Source of the DNA: Leidyana gryllorum EB-2025a
Taxonomy: Eukaryota; Protista; Apicomplexa
Assembly: GCA_048772705.1 (NCBI GenBank)
Contig: JBLWGC010000047.1
Coordinates: 124,001 to 188,000, forward strand
Reading direction: 5' to 3'
DNA length: 64,000 bases
The notes beneath the pieces were generated by a model. The model was not told the DNA's origin and did not search any database. It was given only the letters and a program-made list of their open reading frames with translations. Each line of letters opens with the position of its first letter. The first letter of the stretch is position 1. This document shows positions 60,901 to 64,000 of this stretch, piece by piece. The position numbers and the translations under genes were made by a program.

Positions 60901-63900
60901 GAACAGCATCGGTGAGACCCTCTTCGATCCGTTGTTCCATCCAGGGCAGAATGAGACTCAGACGGCCGCGGTTCTCCATCTCGGGGATCAGAGGTTCCAG
61001 TGGGCACTGTCCACGCACTCTATCCAACAAGTCGGTGACCACCGACTCACTGCAGCCCAAATCCAGAAGAGTAATGATAATGGTACCAGCAGCTCTGGAA
61101 TTGACTTTGGTAACATAGATCTCCAGATAGTTCATCAGATCATTGCGGTAGAGGAACTCGGTCAACTCGTCGATGTGGCCGTGTTTGTCGTAGACATATA
61201 TGAGAGGTTTTGGCTCTTCAACAACGGCTCGGCAGTTCTTCAGAAACTCCATAACACGGATGGGGTCGTAATAGACGGATTCACGGACAACGCGCTCGAC
61301 CTCCTGATAGTTCTCCAGCTTCATTGCCGCCTCAATGTACTTGAAGTGGACATCCGGGTCGTTACTGAAGGCCATAATGCTTCCGAGGAAGTAGTACAAC
61401 CCTTCAGTGGAGTTAACGTTCTCAAACAGATTGATGAGATTCTGAATTCCCAGCCGGTTGTGGTATTTGATACACACTTGGACGACACTCTGCAGGTTCC
61501 CCCGATTCTGACGCAACATGTCACTCAGAATCTCAATGACAGTGTTCTCGGAACTCGTCACCAACAGCTTCTCGCAGAAGCCCAACAGCCAATCGAGATT
61601 CATTTGTGTTCCGCAACGAATCATCACACGCTTGATATCATTGATATCGGTGTAATGCTCAAGGGCTCTTCTGTAAAGTCCCGCCTTCTCACACAGCTGG
61701 GCAACTCGGAGTCTATCGTAGTGCGTGAACTGCTCCGATTGGAACAAGAGCTCGGCTCCGTTCTGACTGCTGCCAGGCCCCGTCAGGTTGATCTCAAACA
61801 GACGGGTTTGCAGACTCGCGTGCTCCGGCTTGTCACTTTTGAGCGTGTCGACCAAGATGCCAGTGATCTCAGGTACCTTGCCAGCACCAACAAAAACATC
61901 AATGGCTGAGTTGATATCCATAAGTGGTGGCTCATTGGCCAGAAGACTGCGAGCAAAGTTGACCGCTCCCATAGGATCAATCGTCAGCATCGATCTCAAC
62001 AGGAAGCTAAAGTCAGCCGAGTACTTCTTCTTCTTCACGTAAGTCAGGATTTCTTGGAACATACTTTTCTCCACCAAGAACTGGATCACTTTAGCGTGAC
62101 AGTTTGCACGACTGTAAATCCGGAGGGCCATCTGTTCATCTAAACTTCGGCATAAATCTCCCAATTGCTCTGAACATTCCAGAGCGTCGTCGTCCAACCA
62201 TTTTCCAACCAGCTCGGCACGATGTTGCGCCACCACGGGACGCATCAATTCAAGGGATTCATACCCGCTCAATTTAACCCCCAATTCAAGGAGATAATTG
62301 AAGTATTGAACAATGATCGATGACTGACCGGGAGTCACAGGCGCATTCTTGATCTGCGCAAACACATTGGGGTTGCGCAAGGCATTGCCTTTGCTCAAAG
62401 CTGCGACCCGGGCAGCAGCGGTCCATTTCTGCTGCTGCACAAGGGTACGGAACAGCTTGGTGGTGTAGTCATCGGCTACTGGATAGCAGTAACGCTGAGC
62501 CAGAGACAAGGCGACGTCCACACCCAATGTGGCTTGCACGTGACTGATCAATGTATTTTCATTCACCGTTACGGATATTATCGCTCCTTTCCGATTCACC
62601 AGCAATATTCCACCCGAGCGCTTGTTAGCGCAACACAGGAACACACTGTCCTGAGACACGCGTTCGCACGCGATTTGACGGCCGGTCTTGGCATCGAATA
62701 TCATTGCGTAACCCGCTTTAGTCGCTGTGTATATGACACCATGGCGGCTCGACAACTGAAATTGAGGTGACGTAGACTCGATGAGGCGCAGTACATCATA
62801 TTGAGTAACTCACATGTTGTGCGATCGGCAGATCATTCTGTTGATCGGGGGGGTAAGAGAACTCCGAGGTGATTTTGAAGGGTGTAGGACGGCCTTCACC
62901 CCGCTGGGAGTAGATATCCATGACGTAGAGCTTGTTGACACCGGCTTTGCGTTCACAGAAGGTGAAGACTTTGAGTGGTTCGGCCTCGGGATCATCAAGC
63001 TGCGGGATGAAAGCAGATTAGTGATGAGGTGACGGGGGTTGGAGACTTACATTGATGGATCCAAAACAGCCAGAATGGCCCTCGAGGAATTGTTGTAGGC
63101 GGCGTTGGACAGAGTACAATTGAAGGCAGCCGATGATGCTTTTTCTTTCGCCTAGATATATACCGGCCAGAAGGCACCATTGTACATCGGCGGGTGAGGT
63201 TTCATTGTCGACAGTGTAGTTAATGATCTGTACGCCGACGTCGGCCATTTTTTCGCCGCGAGAGAACATGAGGATGGGTTCTTCGCAGCTCGATCCTGTG
63301 GCGGGTCCAAAGGCATCAGATCCTACATCGCCGCGTAAGAACCAGTGGTAGACGCCAGTGCGAGTGATTATGACGAGGCAGCGCTGTGGGAGCCATCTCC
63401 AAAAGACGATTTCTTCGGAGAAGGTGTGATCGCCGAGGCGGGCTTTGGTGTCCAAGTCGAAGACCTGAACAAAGTGGCCTTCTCCATCGTCCAAAAGGCC
63501 TGCGGGAGGAGAGGGAATGAATGTTTGGAGAGGGAATGACTGTTTGGAGAGGGAATGAATGTTTGGAGGAGAGTGGGTCGGCTGACGACAACGGTGTGGG
63601 TGGGTACCGACCTCTCAAGGCGAGGATATTTTCATGGGGATTCTTCATGGCCCCCTCGGCCTTGCGGCTGATGCGTCGATCGACTTCAAAGTCTTCGACT
63701 ATATCGACAATACCGACCTGTTTGGAGTTTGTTTGGGATTGGTTCAGGGCGGCTCGCGGTTTACCTGAGAGGCCTTATCTTTGTCGCCTGCGGCGGAGGC
63801 ATCTTTGATACAGAGATATCGATCGCCTCCGAAGCAGGCTGTATTGAACCGAAAGGCTTTCTCTTGGAAAGAGTATGGTGGCTCGCACAACTATGAGGAG

Positions 63901-63991
63901 TGATGGTTTATCAATACTCTCTGGGCATTACCTGTGCGAGGACCTCTGTGTGAAGAGGGGACGAGCCCGTACCGGCCGCGCCACCGAGCAT
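57966..63991 (-). CDS. CLTC: Clathrin heavy chain, multi-exon, apparently complete in the window
   Basis: N-terminal propeller (AEGAMKNPHENILALR, IINY, LQLYSVQRRLQQFLEGH). CHC repeats (ECSEQLGD, HYTDINDIKR, DPDVHFKYIEAA, YCENKDPHMA, YDNFDQPELAAKLEKHE). PEVAMELAW..MPFMIQ. ATG at 63991. Confidence 0.96.
58325..58372. repeat. (CAGT)n microsatellite in a clathrin intron
   Basis: agtcattcagtcagtcagtcattcagtcagtcagtcagtc. Confidence 0.8.
58633..58752. repeat. Intronic minisatellite: about 2 copies of a 21-nt unit plus about 2.7 copies of the 29-nt unit caatgacagaaccccaacagcaaccggaa
   Basis: Units start at 58671, 58700 and 58729, inside clathrin intron ~58608-58828. Confidence 0.85.
63504..63572. 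repeat. Intronic minisatellite, about 3 copies of the 19-nt unit ggagagggaatgaatgttt
   Basis: Direct tandem copies in a clathrin intron. Confidence 0.85.
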
Positions 63992-64000
63992 CTGGACGTC

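Noticed and set aside
55620-61909. Long + strand ORFs (55620-56717, 59135-59941, 60614-61909)
   Set aside because: Antisense shadows of the Rad5-like and clathrin exons, with no motifs.

Overview
Extremely gene-dense eukaryotic DNA of roughly 52-55% GC (visual estimate), with about 30 protein-coding genes on both strands. Most introns are GT-AG and about 45-60 nt long, and many intergenic spacers are only 5-80 nt. Gene content (ankyrin-bromodomain BDP1, a 41-3 antigen-like protein, an acylated PP2C, ISN1, a type II H+-PPase) points to a myzozoan alveolate, most likely Perkinsus; this is an inference. Recognisable genes are RPS28, a Y-family DNA polymerase, pantothenate kinase, Srp40/Nopp140, PP2C, DNA ligase I, TFIP11, BDP1, uridine kinase, a patatin lipase, a class 3 lipase, an H+-PPase, TMEM33, ISN1, a TTC33-like TPR protein, CCT1, a Rad5-like SNF2/RING helicase and clathrin heavy chain. 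The most unusual items are: (1) a head-to-head pair of secreted proteins, one an Ig/cadherin-like mucin-stalked adhesin and the other ending in about 11 tandem beta-hairpins resembling a beta-barrel; (2) four unusually long introns that each appear to fold into a closing stem with internal hairpins; (3) a Nup50/Nup2-like RanBD protein with WG instead of FG repeats; (4) an F-box plus cyclin fusion; (5) a secreted bacterial-like pseudo-metallopeptidase; (6) same-strand genes only 18-33 nt apart, most with an A-tract before the ATG. I saw no rRNA, tRNA, CRISPR array or transposon. Gene spans include introns and were spliced by eye.
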